This document shows, in pieces, positions 21,062 to 31,462 of a stretch of 64,000 bases of DNA (within the stretch, counting starts at the first letter, position 1; every line of letters begins with the position of its first letter). This stretch comes from Candidatus Cloacimonadales bacterium. GTDB lineage: Bacteria > Cloacimonadota > Cloacimonadia > Cloacimonadales > JAIOQZ01. The notes beneath the pieces are model-generated. The model was not told where the DNA came from and ran no database searches. It saw only the letters and a program-made list of their open reading frames with translations. A program made the position numbers and the translations under genes. The stretch is from the NCBI GenBank assembly GCA_963662655.2, contig CAXXTU010000002.1, positions 736,001-800,000 on the forward strand, in the 5' to 3' direction.

Positions 21062-21841
21062 ATGCCAGAAGTTTCCATCATCGATCTCACGCCCGAAAAC
21101 ATCGCCGAGTACGGCGTTTGCGGGTATAAAGATGTACGCAAGCACAAGGAGCTGCGCAACAAAATCGCGTGGTTCGAGTGCTATTACCCGCTTGGTTTGC
21201 GAATCAAAGCGCTTGTCGCCGAGCCCGGAGGGTACCAGGGGATGATCGAGTACATCCCTGGAGAACACGCCCACCGCCCGGTTGACGCGGAAGGATATCT
21301 GTTTATCCACTGCCTGTTTGTGGGATTTCGCAAGGAGTTCAAGGGGCAGGGGTTCGCATCGAAGATGATCGGGCTGGTGCTGGACGAAGCGCGCGCAGAG
21401 GATAAACTGGGCGTCGCCACCGTAACCCGCAATGGCTCTTTCATGGCGAACGCGGACATTTTCCTCAAGCTTGGATTTGAGCCGGTGGATTCTGCGGAGC
21501 CCGACTTCCAGTTGCTGTGCAAATCCTTTGTGGAAGACGCTAAAAAGCCCCAATTCAAACCTGAAATGGATATTCATCTCCAGAAATACGAGAAGGGACT
21601 CTTCATCCTGCGGTCTCCGCAGTGCCCATACACTGAGAAAAACGTCATGGAGATCATCGACGTGGCGAAAAGCAGTTTTCAGCTCGATCCCAAGCTGATC
21701 GACCTGGCAGATGCCGGTGCAGCTCAAGGCTCCCCGTGCCCGTTCGGCACATTCTGTATCATTCACGATGGGACAATCGTCTCGCATCATCCCATAAGCC
21801 GGAAGCGATTCGAGAACATCATGGGGAAGAAGCTCCGGTAG
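21062..21841 (+). CDS. GNAT acetyltransferase with YoaP-like C-terminal domain
   Basis: MIEYIPGE, FIHCLFV, KGQGFA, SPQCPY, PCPFGTF. Confidence 0.8.
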   Translation: MPEVSIIDLTPENIAEYGVCGYKDVRKHKELRNKIAWFECYYPLGLRIKALVAEPGGYQGMIEYIPGEHAHRPVDAEGYLFIHCLFVGFRKEFKGQGFASKMIGLVLDEARAEDKLGVATVTRNGSFMANADIFLKLGFEPVDSAEPDFQLLCKSFVEDAKKPQFKPEMDIHLQKYEKGLFILRSPQCPYTEKNVMEIIDVAKSSFQLDPKLIDLADAGAAQGSPCPFGTFCIIHDGTIVSHHPISRKRFENIMGKKLR

Positions 21842-22425
21842 TGGATCGAGTCATTATGAAAGGCGACCGGCTAATCCTCCGCGATTTTGTACGCGGCGAT
21901 CTCGACGACTATCGCCGGTGGTTCACGGAAGAGCTGGAGTGGACTCGCTGGGATGCACCGTGGGAGAGAATCGACGGAGAGTTCGCTGAGAAGTATCTCG
22001 CAAGGCTTTCCCGCTCTATTGAAAGGGAGCAGCCCGTTTCACGCAAACGCTTCGAGATCGTCCATGAGGATACGCACATCGGTTGGGTATCGGCTTATTA
22101 CATGGACGAGGAGCGAACGCAGCTTGCCGTTGGAATCAACATCCCCGAGAAGGATTGTTGGGGCAAGAAGCTGGGCAAAGAAGCGCTCGAGTTGTTCATC
22201 CAATACCTGTCGGAACATGGATTCTCGACTACATACTGCCAAACGTGGTCGGGAAACGTGCGGATGGTGCGACTCGCGAATTCACTGGGTTTTGTAACAA
22301 TCGACGACAGTAGGGCGGTGGAAGTCGATGGAAAACAGTATAAACGACTCACATTCAGACGGATAAACACAGAAGGATTTTCGTATGGATTTACACATCA
22401 GGAAAGAAACAGTAGAAGATATTGA
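21841..22425 (+). CDS. GNAT acetyltransferase (RimJ/RimL type)
   Basis: RLILRDF, WGKKLGKEAL, TWSGNVRMVRLANSLGF. Confidence 0.8.
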   Translation: MDRVIMKGDRLILRDFVRGDLDDYRRWFTEELEWTRWDAPWERIDGEFAEKYLARLSRSIEREQPVSRKRFEIVHEDTHIGWVSAYYMDEERTQLAVGINIPEKDCWGKKLGKEALELFIQYLSEHGFSTTYCQTWSGNVRMVRLANSLGFVTIDDSRAVEVDGKQYKRLTFRRINTEGFSYGFTHQERNSRRY

Positions 22426-22891
22426 GGCAATCGAACAGGTAACCATCGCGGCGTTTACGGATCATCCGGTTAGCCGTCTGACGGAGCATTTCATCATCCG
22501 GGCGCTGCGCAAGGCCGATTCGCTTACGCTCTCGCTGGTCGCGGAGCTCGACGCTAAAATCGTGGGGCATATCGCCTATTCGCCGGTTGTGCTTTCGGAC
22601 GGGACCTCGAACTGGTTCGGCGTCGGGCCGTTATCCGTGCTTCCGGAACTGCAACGGCGGGGGATAGGCAAAGCGCTGATGAAGGCGTCGTTGATCATGA
22701 TGAAGGACATGGGGGCTCGCGGCGTTGCGCTGGTGGGCGATCCAAATTACTACAAGCGTTACGGATTTGCCAACTATCCTCAGGTAACGCTTGAAGGCGT
22801 TCCGCCGGAGGTCTTCATGCTGCTGCCCTTCGGAGAAAGCGTCCCCGAGGGAACCATTCGGTTCCACGAGGCGTTCATGGCCGAGGAATGA
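22385..22891 (+). CDS. GNAT acetyltransferase (YhbS-like)
   Basis: IVGHIAYSPV, GPLSVLPELQRRGIGKAL, LVGDPNYYKRYGF. Confidence 0.85.
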   Translation: MDLHIRKETVEDIEAIEQVTIAAFTDHPVSRLTEHFIIRALRKADSLTLSLVAELDAKIVGHIAYSPVVLSDGTSNWFGVGPLSVLPELQRRGIGKALMKASLIMMKDMGARGVALVGDPNYYKRYGFANYPQVTLEGVPPEVFMLLPFGESVPEGTIRFHEAFMAEE

Positions 22892-22892
22892 A

Positions 22893-23459
22893 GTGAAACA
22901 TCCCAGGCCGACCCTCTACATCTTCTCGGGATTGCCGGCAACCGGTAAATCGACGCTCGCCCGGATGCTCGCCGGTCATCTGAAAGCGGCCTGGCTTCGT
23001 ATCGACACGATAGAGCAGGCGTTGCGGGATTTATGCAATTTCCAGGTTCAGGGGGAAGGATATCGGCTCTCGTACCGAGTTGCCCGGGACAATCTCACCG
23101 CGGGGAATGACGTGATTGCCGACTCCTGCAATCCCATCCAGCTTACGCGGGATGAGTGGAACGGCATAGCAATCGAAGCCGGCGCAAGCTATGTCAACAT
23201 TGAAGTCGTGTGTTCGGACAAGGATGAACATCGCCATAGAACTGAATCTCGGGTGTCGGAGGTCGACAACTTGCGCTTACCGACCTGGGAGCAGGTTGTG
23301 AATCGGGAATATCATCCCGGGGGCGATGCGGACCGGATCGTCATCGATACGGCGAATCGCGCGGCGGAAGAGTCATTTCAGGAACTGCTTGCGGCCCTAG
23401 GTCAAAATAATTCTCGAGTGACTATCCGGTTCCACGAGGCGTTCATGGCCGAGGAATGA
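22893..23459 (+). CDS. AAA_33-type P-loop kinase, copy 1
   Basis: GTG start; SGLPATGKSTLA, LRIDTIE, VIADSCN. Confidence 0.8.
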   Translation: MKHPRPTLYIFSGLPATGKSTLARMLAGHLKAAWLRIDTIEQALRDLCNFQVQGEGYRLSYRVARDNLTAGNDVIADSCNPIQLTRDEWNGIAIEAGASYVNIEVVCSDKDEHRHRTESRVSEVDNLRLPTWEQVVNREYHPGGDADRIVIDTANRAAEESFQELLAALGQNNSRVTIRFHEAFMAEE

Positions 23460-23460
23460 A

Positions 23461-23991
23461 GTGAAACATCCCAGGCCAACGCTCTACATCTTCTCGGGTT
23501 TGCCGGCAGTTGGTAAGACCACTCTTTCCAGGCTCCTTGCCAGCCATTTAAAAGCGGTTTTATTGCGTGTGGATACGATAAAGCATGCAATGAGAGAACA
23601 AAATCTTAATCCACTCAGCCGCGAGGAATATATTTTATCTTCTCGAATAGCCAGAGAAAACCTTGCAATTGGAAATGATGTTATCGCTGATTGCTGCAAC
23701 CCCAATTGGACAACTCGCGAAGCATGGATTAGCGCCGCCTCTTTGAGCAATTCTTGTTATGTAATCATTGAAATTGTGTGTTCTGATAATGACGTTCGAA
23801 GGCATCGCTATGAAACAAGAAATTTTGAGATAGAGAACTTCCCGATTCCAGGCTGGAGAAAGGCAAGGGACTATCCTTTTGTCGACTGGGGTCAAACGGA
23901 CCGGATTGTCATCGATACGGCGAATCACACGGCGGAGGAGTCTTTCGAAACACTGCTTTCCGAGTTATGCGGACGCAGTCATAAGTGTTGA
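23461..23991 (+). CDS. AAA_33-type P-loop kinase, copy 2
   Basis: SGLPAVGKTTLS, LRVDTIK, VIADCCN; paralog of the preceding gene. Confidence 0.75.
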   Translation: MKHPRPTLYIFSGLPAVGKTTLSRLLASHLKAVLLRVDTIKHAMREQNLNPLSREEYILSSRIARENLAIGNDVIADCCNPNWTTREAWISAASLSNSCYVIIEIVCSDNDVRRHRYETRNFEIENFPIPGWRKARDYPFVDWGQTDRIVIDTANHTAEESFETLLSELCGRSHKC

Positions 23992-23996
23992 GCAGA

Positions 23997-24884
23997 TTAT
24001 AAATTATCCTCAATATGCTCTATGACGGCGCTATGAACCACACTAGCATTGTCTGTTAGCTCTTCCCTCGCAAATTCCCAGTCCTCGATCTCGCAGCTCT
24101 TGATCTGCCGTTGGATGGCGATTACTTCGTTCCTGTATTGGGTGAGGGTGTGGACGAGTTCCGGATTTGTTCCGCTGACTTGAATCGCGGTGCAAAGGTC
24201 GAGCGCGATAGGCTTCACGATGTCGATGATGAAGCGAAAGAATGATTCGTAATCGGGCGTTTCCATGCCGGCCAATCGCTTCTCAACAGCCTCGCGGTAA
24301 ACGTTCATGGCGTCGATGCTACGTTGCAGAGCGGTTCGCAAATCGGGCGGATTCTTCGAGGTTTTCGCAAGGTACCCGATGACATGACGAGAATTTGCCG
24401 CCTCCCTGAACCGGCTGCGAGAGAACCTGCCGGTAACCTGCTCTCTGACATCCTCGTAGCGGTGCTCGCGGGTGCGATCCAGCCCGGCGTCAGGATCCAG
24501 GAATAGGTAGTCTTCACCGTCTTTCTCGTAGAAGACGACTGCGTGCGATCCGCTTTGGTTCGGGCGGAGAATCCCCGTCATGAATGGGGTGCCGCTTTGC
24601 AGCAGATCATCCGCGTTCCCGATGAAAGATGGCCAGTCAGAGTGCCTGTTCTCAACCAGTTCGAGGCCGTAGGCGGTCAGCATGGTATCGAAGGTTTCCT
24701 TGTCCTGAACGAGCGCTCCCGCGCTGAACGAGCCGTCCTCATTCAGCCGCACCAGGTACGGCATCCCGGATTCAACGATCACATCCGCATCTTGCTTGTC
24801 GATGTTGTACCGACTCAGCAGCATCGCCATGCACGCGGAGGCACAGGAGTTGTTGTAGTGCTGCAATTTCCAGAAAACGGTCAC
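23997..24884 (-). CDS. Peptidase C39-like papain-fold protein
   Basis: Q..SCASACMAM catalytic Cys, HAVV, LDP pattern. Confidence 0.65.
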   Translation of the reverse strand: MTVFWKLQHYNNSCASACMAMLLSRYNIDKQDADVIVESGMPYLVRLNEDGSFSAGALVQDKETFDTMLTAYGLELVENRHSDWPSFIGNADDLLQSGTPFMTGILRPNQSGSHAVVFYEKDGEDYLFLDPDAGLDRTREHRYEDVREQVTGRFSRSRFREAANSRHVIGYLAKTSKNPPDLRTALQRSIDAMNVYREAVEKRLAGMETPDYESFFRFIIDIVKPIALDLCTAIQVSGTNPELVHTLTQYRNEVIAIQRQIKSCEIEDWEFAREELTDNASVVHSAVIEHIEDNL

Positions 24885-24887
24885 GGG

Positions 24888-26135
24888 CTACATCTCCACA
24901 ATACGGCTGTTTCTTCTTGCATTCTCTGCCGCAAAGACTGCCAGATGAGTTTCGAGGCTCTCTCGCGCTCCCGTGATGACAAGAGAAGGGTCATCGGCAA
25001 GCAGAGCATTCACGAAATTCTCCATCAGCCCAAAATCGCCACCGCCGTGCTGCTTCATGATTCCTCCGGCACTATGTGTATCGATGGTTTCGTCTTCGTT
25101 TGTCATGAAATCATGAATCTTGATGAATCTCCCGTCGCCTTCGATTTCTCCGCGCGTTCCGAAAATTCGCGTGCGCCTTCCACCGGATTTCGTAAAAGCC
25201 GTCATCGTGAAACTGGCGGTACATCCGTTGTCAAACTCCATATTGACAACCTGATGATCGACCACATCATTTTCGCAATCATATACGCATCTGCCGTAAG
25301 GTCCGGTCTGCAATTCATGTATAACCTTCTCTCGCGTGGGATTTGGGGTAAGTACCGAAACCGGCCATCCGATAACGCCTCTATCAAAGAATCCCAGATA
25401 GATTTTCTTTGCCGAGTATGGACAGTTCCGCTCGATCTTCTCTGGGCATTCCAGACAGCGGGAAGCTGCTCCATCCGGTTGATTCTCTTTGCGGAAGTGT
25501 TTAAGGTTTCCGAAGGAAGACAGTTTCGTGAAGGGGTGCCCAATAATGTATCTGATCCAATCCAGATCGTGACATGATTTTGCCAGCAGCATGGAATTCG
25601 AATTTGCTTCGTTGTTCCAGTTGCCACGCACATAGGAATGTGCCTGATGCCAGTAGCCCACCGGCTCCAGACGCTGCAAGCTGACGATTTCGCCGATTCT
25701 GCCGGCATCGATAAGCTGCTTCAGTTTCTGGGTGTAACTCGTGTACCGAAGAACATGGCAGACGGCAAAGGTGATTTTGTTTCTCTCAACCGCATAGACG
25801 ATTTTTTTGCACTCGTCCGGTGTGGGAGCCATGGGTTTTTCCAGCATGATATGATAGCCGAGTTCGGCGAATTTGATCGCAGGTTCGGTGTGCATCTGGT
25901 CTTGCGTGGCGATGATTACCGCATCGGCGAAACGCTCCTTTTCCGCTGCCTGTCGCCAGTCCGTGAATACATGTTCAGCCGGGACATCGTGCTTCGTTAC
26001 CATCGATTGTCGGTGCTCCCGGCGCGGTTCCGCCACGCCGCCGATCTTCATTTTTTCCGGGAAATGCTCGGCATAGGTGGCGTAGGTGCTGCCTCGGTCG
26101 CCGACGCCAATAATGAGAAATGTTGCAGGCTTCAT
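24888..26135 (-). CDS. Gfo/Idh/MocA family oxidoreductase
   Basis: IIGVGDRG, MLEKPMA, HSYVRGNW, AKSCHDLD, HGGGD. Confidence 0.9.
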   Translation of the reverse strand: MKPATFLIIGVGDRGSTYATYAEHFPEKMKIGGVAEPRREHRQSMVTKHDVPAEHVFTDWRQAAEKERFADAVIIATQDQMHTEPAIKFAELGYHIMLEKPMAPTPDECKKIVYAVERNKITFAVCHVLRYTSYTQKLKQLIDAGRIGEIVSLQRLEPVGYWHQAHSYVRGNWNNEANSNSMLLAKSCHDLDWIRYIIGHPFTKLSSFGNLKHFRKENQPDGAASRCLECPEKIERNCPYSAKKIYLGFFDRGVIGWPVSVLTPNPTREKVIHELQTGPYGRCVYDCENDVVDHQVVNMEFDNGCTASFTMTAFTKSGGRRTRIFGTRGEIEGDGRFIKIHDFMTNEDETIDTHSAGGIMKQHGGGDFGLMENFVNALLADDPSLVITGARESLETHLAVFAAENARRNSRIVEM

Positions 26136-26383
26136 GGTGCTCCTTTATTCTCACTTCATAATTCATTGAGGATTAATAGTGGCTCCGCAGATGACAGAAA
26201 TGGGTATGTTGATTCTATCTTCATTGGTCTTAATTGTCAGTTGATTTCACTTTTATACCATCGATGAGAGTTTTATCTCTATATATTTCTGTTTCAGGGA
26301 ATCGAAAGGGGAGATGACAGTATCAGAAGCCATAATGAGTCCCATTGTTACTGTTCATTGTTTCAGATTGGGATCGTCTTCGA

Positions 26384-26740
<357 letters not shown>

Positions 26741-26876
26741 ATTCAAAGATCATAATGATAATGTAATGCGTCATTTTACGTGTACAAGGAAAATGTCAAG
26801 GGATAATTCGCGCTTTGTTCTCAACAACCTTGACATTCACGCGGAGATGTGCAGCCTTGTATGAAAGATTTTCAAC

Positions 26877-28463
26877 ATGGGACGTACGATGCGTAGAACG
26901 ATATTGCTTTCGCTTTTCATTCTGATTCTTCACGCAACCTTATGGGGACATTTCCCCGCAGATTCGCTGGCCGCGAGGCTGGATTCACTGCAAGTAACGA
27001 TTCAGTCCGCGCGTGAAGCCGGGGATTCCCTGGCGCTGACGGTGTTGTTCCAGCAGCGGGGAGCGTTGGCCAACCAGCTTGCGTTCATCCAATTGAACAG
27101 CCAGCCGCAGGATGCCGTTCGCTACGGCAATATTGCGCTGGAATCGGCAAAGCAGACAGCGGATACGCTTCTGGCGGCTCAAGCTCATTTGAACATCGGC
27201 TCGGGATACCTGCATCTGGAAGATTACCGCAACGCGGCCGAGCAGTTCCATGCCGCGCTCGGGATTTACGTTCGCAACGATAATCGTTACGGACAGTGCC
27301 TGAGTTTGAATTTCCTCGGCGTGATTTTCCGCGAGTTGGAGAATTACTCGAAATCGGAGGAGTATTTCCGGCGTTCGCTCGAAGCTGCCGGGGACGACAA
27401 GGCGATCCGCATCAGAATATTCTCCAATCTGGGAAACATGTACCTCAAGCAGAAGATGTTTACCGATGCGACCGACGCCTTCGAAGAGGCCTATTACCTC
27501 TCGGAGGAAATCGGCAACCACATCGAGGCGATCAACAGCAGGATCAGGATTGCAACGGTGCATCATGAAGCGGGGGAGCTGAACAGGGCGTATTCGGAGT
27601 ATCGGATGATTCTCCAGCAGAAGGACGTTCCGCAGAAGGCCGAGGTTCTCAACCGGATCGGGAAGGTACTGATGGATCGCAAGGATTATAGCCAGGCGAT
27701 TGATTACCTGCAGCAATCCGAAAAGGAATACATCCAGCTTGGCGATACCCTCCACGCGATTCCGGTCATGCAGAATCTGGCGCAGACGGAACTCGAACTG
27801 GGCGATCTCGACAAGGCGGTAAAGCGCTACTCGCAACTGGATGAAATGGGGAAGAAAATGCAAATTCCCAGCCTGATTCCAGGTGCAATACTGGGAATGA
27901 TCAAAGTTTACAGCGCGCAGAAGAAGATTGAGAAGGCGAATCAATTGTTCGAGCAATATATGCAGACATACGACAGCAAGGAATTCCTGCCGGTTACGCT
28001 GGATATCCTCAAGGCGATATCAGCAATGTATCGCGACCAGAACGACCTGCGCAAGGCCTTCGAGACATACGATCGCTATACGGATTATCTGACGCAGGTC
28101 CATAAGGTGGAGTTGGATAACCAACTCGTTGATCTGAAAGAACGATACGAAACGGAGCTGCTCGATTACCGTGAAGAGGTCGAGCACGAGAGGCAACTGA
28201 AGCGAGTTCTGGTAGAGCAATGGGACGACCGCGAGAAGAAGATTCATCAGCTACTGATCGATATCGAGAACCTCGAAAAAAATGTGAAGGAGAGGCAGAT
28301 CGCGTTAACGATCTTGCAGGAGCAACATGATCTGGAGAACGAGAAACACCGTCAGACGCTGACATTGTTGATCGCGATCGCTTCGGGGATGTTTGTTCTT
28401 GCGGGTTTGTTGTATTTCTTCTGGAAAAAGGAAAAGGGTCGTAGCAGGGTAGAGGGCGATTAA
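26877..28463 (+). CDS. Exported TPR-repeat protein with C-terminal TM anchor
   Basis: Signal peptide, multiple TPRs, coiled coil, TM helix near C-terminus. Confidence 0.8.
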   Translation: MGRTMRRTILLSLFILILHATLWGHFPADSLAARLDSLQVTIQSAREAGDSLALTVLFQQRGALANQLAFIQLNSQPQDAVRYGNIALESAKQTADTLLAAQAHLNIGSGYLHLEDYRNAAEQFHAALGIYVRNDNRYGQCLSLNFLGVIFRELENYSKSEEYFRRSLEAAGDDKAIRIRIFSNLGNMYLKQKMFTDATDAFEEAYYLSEEIGNHIEAINSRIRIATVHHEAGELNRAYSEYRMILQQKDVPQKAEVLNRIGKVLMDRKDYSQAIDYLQQSEKEYIQLGDTLHAIPVMQNLAQTELELGDLDKAVKRYSQLDEMGKKMQIPSLIPGAILGMIKVYSAQKKIEKANQLFEQYMQTYDSKEFLPVTLDILKAISAMYRDQNDLRKAFETYDRYTDYLTQVHKVELDNQLVDLKERYETELLDYREEVEHERQLKRVLVEQWDDREKKIHQLLIDIENLEKNVKERQIALTILQEQHDLENEKHRQTLTLLIAIASGMFVLAGLLYFFWKKEKGRSRVEGD

Positions 28464-28690
28464 CGTTCGCGAGTGTAATCGAAGCAGTTCTGAGTTGCAC
28501 GATGCCCACAGTCAACCCAGTGTTTACAGGATTTACACAATGATGTTTCCCATGCGCTTCGGAACCAGTGGGCGTTTTTTCTTATCCAGTCGACGACATA
28601 GGGACGGCCAGGATCCTGTTGTATCCGGCATCCTTCGCACCATTTATCGATCTCGATCTTACGAATCTGAACGTGCATGAACCTTTTCAT
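28460..28690 (-). CDS. Small Trp/Cys-rich hypothetical protein
   Basis: GAGGA RBS; KWCEGC...CKSC...C...C pattern; 76 aa. Confidence 0.65.
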   Translation of the reverse strand: MKRFMHVQIRKIEIDKWCEGCRIQQDPGRPYVVDWIRKNAHWFRSAWETSLCKSCKHWVDCGHRATQNCFDYTRER

Positions 28691-28798
28691 TTCATTCCTC
28701 TACTCAGCTTTCATGTGTTTATCGCTGCATGAAAGTTGTGTGAGTAATATGCAAATTGTATTCCTTTGAGCGCAATTCATTTTTTTTGTTGTTATAGG

Positions 28799-29662
28799 CT
28801 ATAAAACCCACTCTTCGTCGAGGTCTTTCAACGTCTCCTGTGCGAATTTATTGCCGAGTCGGGCTGCCTTGCGGAAAAAATGTATCATCATCGGGCGGTC
28901 GTCATTCATGTAGTGTACTGTTCCGATGACCGTATAGCACTGCTCGAGTTCGGGGTCGAATTCAATCGCTTTCTCGCAGGCTTCTACGGCTTTATCGAGG
29001 TCCCCTTTGCTGAGATAGGCCGTCCCAAGGTTCGCGTAGGCTTCCGCGTAGTGGGGGTTATTCTCGATGGCTTTCTTGCAGCTATCGATCGCTTCTTCAA
29101 CCTTTCCTTCCTGCAGATAGATATCCGACAGGTACTTGTAGGGCTCGGGCAGGTTGGATTTTAGCTGAATCGCTCTCTGGCAGTATTTCATGCAGCTTTT
29201 GTGGTCTTCTTTCTTGAGGAGCGCGTTTCCCATGATGCTGTATGCGATAGCCAGCGTCGGTTTCAGGGAGATTGCTTTGCGGGTGTTGGCGATGCCCTCT
29301 TTGAGCATACCCTTCATGACATAGGCCATTCCGAGATTGCAATACGCTTCCGCCAGATGTGGGTCGATCCCGATGGCGCGCTTGCAGTTCTCGATGCCTT
29401 TGTCGGGTTCATGCTGCATGATCTGCGCCCAGCCCATGACGCTGTAGGTCGTGGCGAGATGCGAATCCATCTGCATAGCGTGACGGCAGTACTCGATGCC
29501 TTTGTCGTACTCGCTCTGCATGATGTACGCTACTGCGATGTTCGTATAGGCAATCGCTGCGTGTTCACGCGACGGTATTACACGTTTACAGTATTCGATC
29601 CCTTTATCGTATTCGCCCCGCTGGATATGCTGCATGGCGATCCGAAGGAAATCTTCTGCCAT
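28799..29662 (-). CDS. TPR-repeat protein
   Basis: Tandem 34-aa repeats AEAYCNLG...KAI. Confidence 0.85.
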   Translation of the reverse strand: MAEDFLRIAMQHIQRGEYDKGIEYCKRVIPSREHAAIAYTNIAVAYIMQSEYDKGIEYCRHAMQMDSHLATTYSVMGWAQIMQHEPDKGIENCKRAIGIDPHLAEAYCNLGMAYVMKGMLKEGIANTRKAISLKPTLAIAYSIMGNALLKKEDHKSCMKYCQRAIQLKSNLPEPYKYLSDIYLQEGKVEEAIDSCKKAIENNPHYAEAYANLGTAYLSKGDLDKAVEACEKAIEFDPELEQCYTVIGTVHYMNDDRPMMIHFFRKAARLGNKFAQETLKDLDEEWVL

Positions 29663-29699
29663 TTTCCGGTCGATAGGTCATACCTCCGTTTATGCATAT

Positions 29700-29727
29700 A
29701 TAGTATTTGACGCGCGAAAATTGTCAA
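29700..29727 (-). promoter_or_regulatory. Putative sigma-70 promoter
   Basis: TTGACA-N16-TACTAT upstream of the TPR gene. Confidence 0.5.
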
Positions 29728-29792
29728 CGGGTTTGTTAACGAAAGGTCAATTTCCGGGTGCGATTCGGGAAAGTAGAGCTCCACCGTTCCCG

Positions 29793-29982
29793 CGCGGCGG
29801 CGGCTTGGTAAGCCCTGCACCTCGGATATCTTTCCCTGCGAGAATTGATCAGGAATAGCTGAGCCAGGGAAACCATCCGAGGTTGATACGGGCTTACCGG
29901 CGCTGTTTGTCGAACGACAAATAGCGCTGTGTGCGAAGCACACAAGCCGCCGCCGCGCTGAGTCGGGCAGACATACTCGAGT
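29793..29982. repeat. Four-way-junction element family 2, copy E2
   Basis: 14-bp closing stem CGCGGCGGCGGCTT/AAGCCGCCGCCGCG enclosing three hairpins, then CTGAG-N13-CTCGAGT. Confidence 0.75.
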
Positions 29983-29993
29983 CAGCGAGTCGT

Positions 29994-30467
29994 TTACTGA
30001 CTGTCGTCTCCGTATTCTTCCAGGGGAATACCTCTTTCGGGCATCCATTCCGGCCAGTCGGAGAGCCATGCGGGAATGTGGGCCGTCCGTACACGATCGC
30101 AGACAGGGAAGTAAGCCTTCACATCCAGCACCGTTGTGCCATCGACCGCATCGATATCGGTTACGCGGATCACGCCATTCTCTTCGTCAACGCTTGCGAT
30201 GGGGCAAATACTCATGCCGATTGGATTGGGTCTGTATGGAGCCCTTGTGGCAAAGACGCCGGTAAGATGTTCAGGCGCGTACGGCGGGTTGGTCTGAAGC
30301 AGCTTCCGGTATTCTGGTGTATCCACGCCATGCGCCCACCAGAGTACGATGATGTGGCTGAACTGATCCAGCGCTTTCATGGCCGGACGGAACTCGGGGG
30401 CGAGCTCGATCGATAATGTTTCACCCCTCACAACCTTCCCGATTGGTTTTAATAGCATCTTTTCCAT
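29994..30467 (-). CDS. trmO: tRNA (m6t6A37) methyltransferase TrmO/TsaA family
   Basis: FSHIIVLWW, GVFATRAPYRPNPIGMS, DAVDGTTVLDVKAY; AGGAGG RBS. Confidence 0.85.
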   Translation of the reverse strand: MEKMLLKPIGKVVRGETLSIELAPEFRPAMKALDQFSHIIVLWWAHGVDTPEYRKLLQTNPPYAPEHLTGVFATRAPYRPNPIGMSICPIASVDEENGVIRVTDIDAVDGTTVLDVKAYFPVCDRVRTAHIPAWLSDWPEWMPERGIPLEEYGDDSQ

Positions 30468-30595
30468 GTGAACCTCCTGATTTTGATAACCAATAATAAA
30501 ATGCCTGTGGTTCGCTGTCTTGACTCTGGGTGCGCAAATTAGGACGAAAAGTTCCTTGATTGGCAATAGAATTGACTCTGGTTGTGATTAGAGGA

Positions 30596-31462
30596 TTAAA
30601 GTAGGGCGAATAGATAGACCGCCGAGATAAGGATTATGAAAGAGGAACCGGTTATCGAGATAATTTTCCAGACGATGGGATTCTGAAAGAAACGGGCGTT
30701 GCTCATCAACGAAGGAATTAGAGCAAACAGAGAAATTGCAAGACTCATCCCCAAGCCCATAACAAGGATCATCAAGATGGATAAACTCATGCTTTGCAAA
30801 ATGCTCAAACCGTAAATGCTGATCATCACGGCTCCCGGGCAGGGAACAAGCCCAACCGACAGGATAAGTCCCCAGAAAGACATGTTGCTGTGAGCATGAC
30901 CCTTCGAGAAAACCGATCGAATCAGCATGTAAAGTCCAATGGCAAGTAAAACGGTGAAAGCGATCTCTTCAATTCTGGTTCGAACAATATCTGACGTTCG
31001 GGATACAGGCGAATCAAACACGTAACTCAGCAGCACTACCAGCAGCAATGCCGCTATACTGTGAAGCAAGCCTATAGCGAAGCTGCCGATAAATGCTCGG
31101 GACGCCTTGAGCCTAGTTGAGAAAGCGAAGCTTGTGATGAAGACCTTTCCATGTCCAGGGCCAACCGCATGGATAAATCCATAAAAAAAAACGAGCGCAA
31201 GCGCGATCAGCAATCCAGAAAGGGAGTTCATGTCCTCCTTGTGTTTGTACAACTCGTTGCGGATATGAGCCTGCCAACTGGTTAACTTCAGTTTGGCTCT
31301 GGCGTGCCAGGGAATCGGAGCGTTTTTCATTGAAGTATCTGCGATAGTCCCTGAACGAACGGTGTCTCTCTTCGCATTGGTTTTGAAAAGCGGATTCTGC
31401 GCAGCAAGACTCGAAAGAGAGAAAAGGATCAGGAGTAGAGTAACGATCGCTGCTTGTTTCAT
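30596..31462 (-). CDS. Nickel/cobalt transporter (RcnA/NicO family)
   Basis: YGFIHAVGPGHGK and VPCPGA motifs; multiple TMs. Confidence 0.85.
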   Translation of the reverse strand: MKQAAIVTLLLILFSLSSLAAQNPLFKTNAKRDTVRSGTIADTSMKNAPIPWHARAKLKLTSWQAHIRNELYKHKEDMNSLSGLLIALALVFFYGFIHAVGPGHGKVFITSFAFSTRLKASRAFIGSFAIGLLHSIAALLLVVLLSYVFDSPVSRTSDIVRTRIEEIAFTVLLAIGLYMLIRSVFSKGHAHSNMSFWGLILSVGLVPCPGAVMISIYGLSILQSMSLSILMILVMGLGMSLAISLFALIPSLMSNARFFQNPIVWKIISITGSSFIILISAVYLFALL

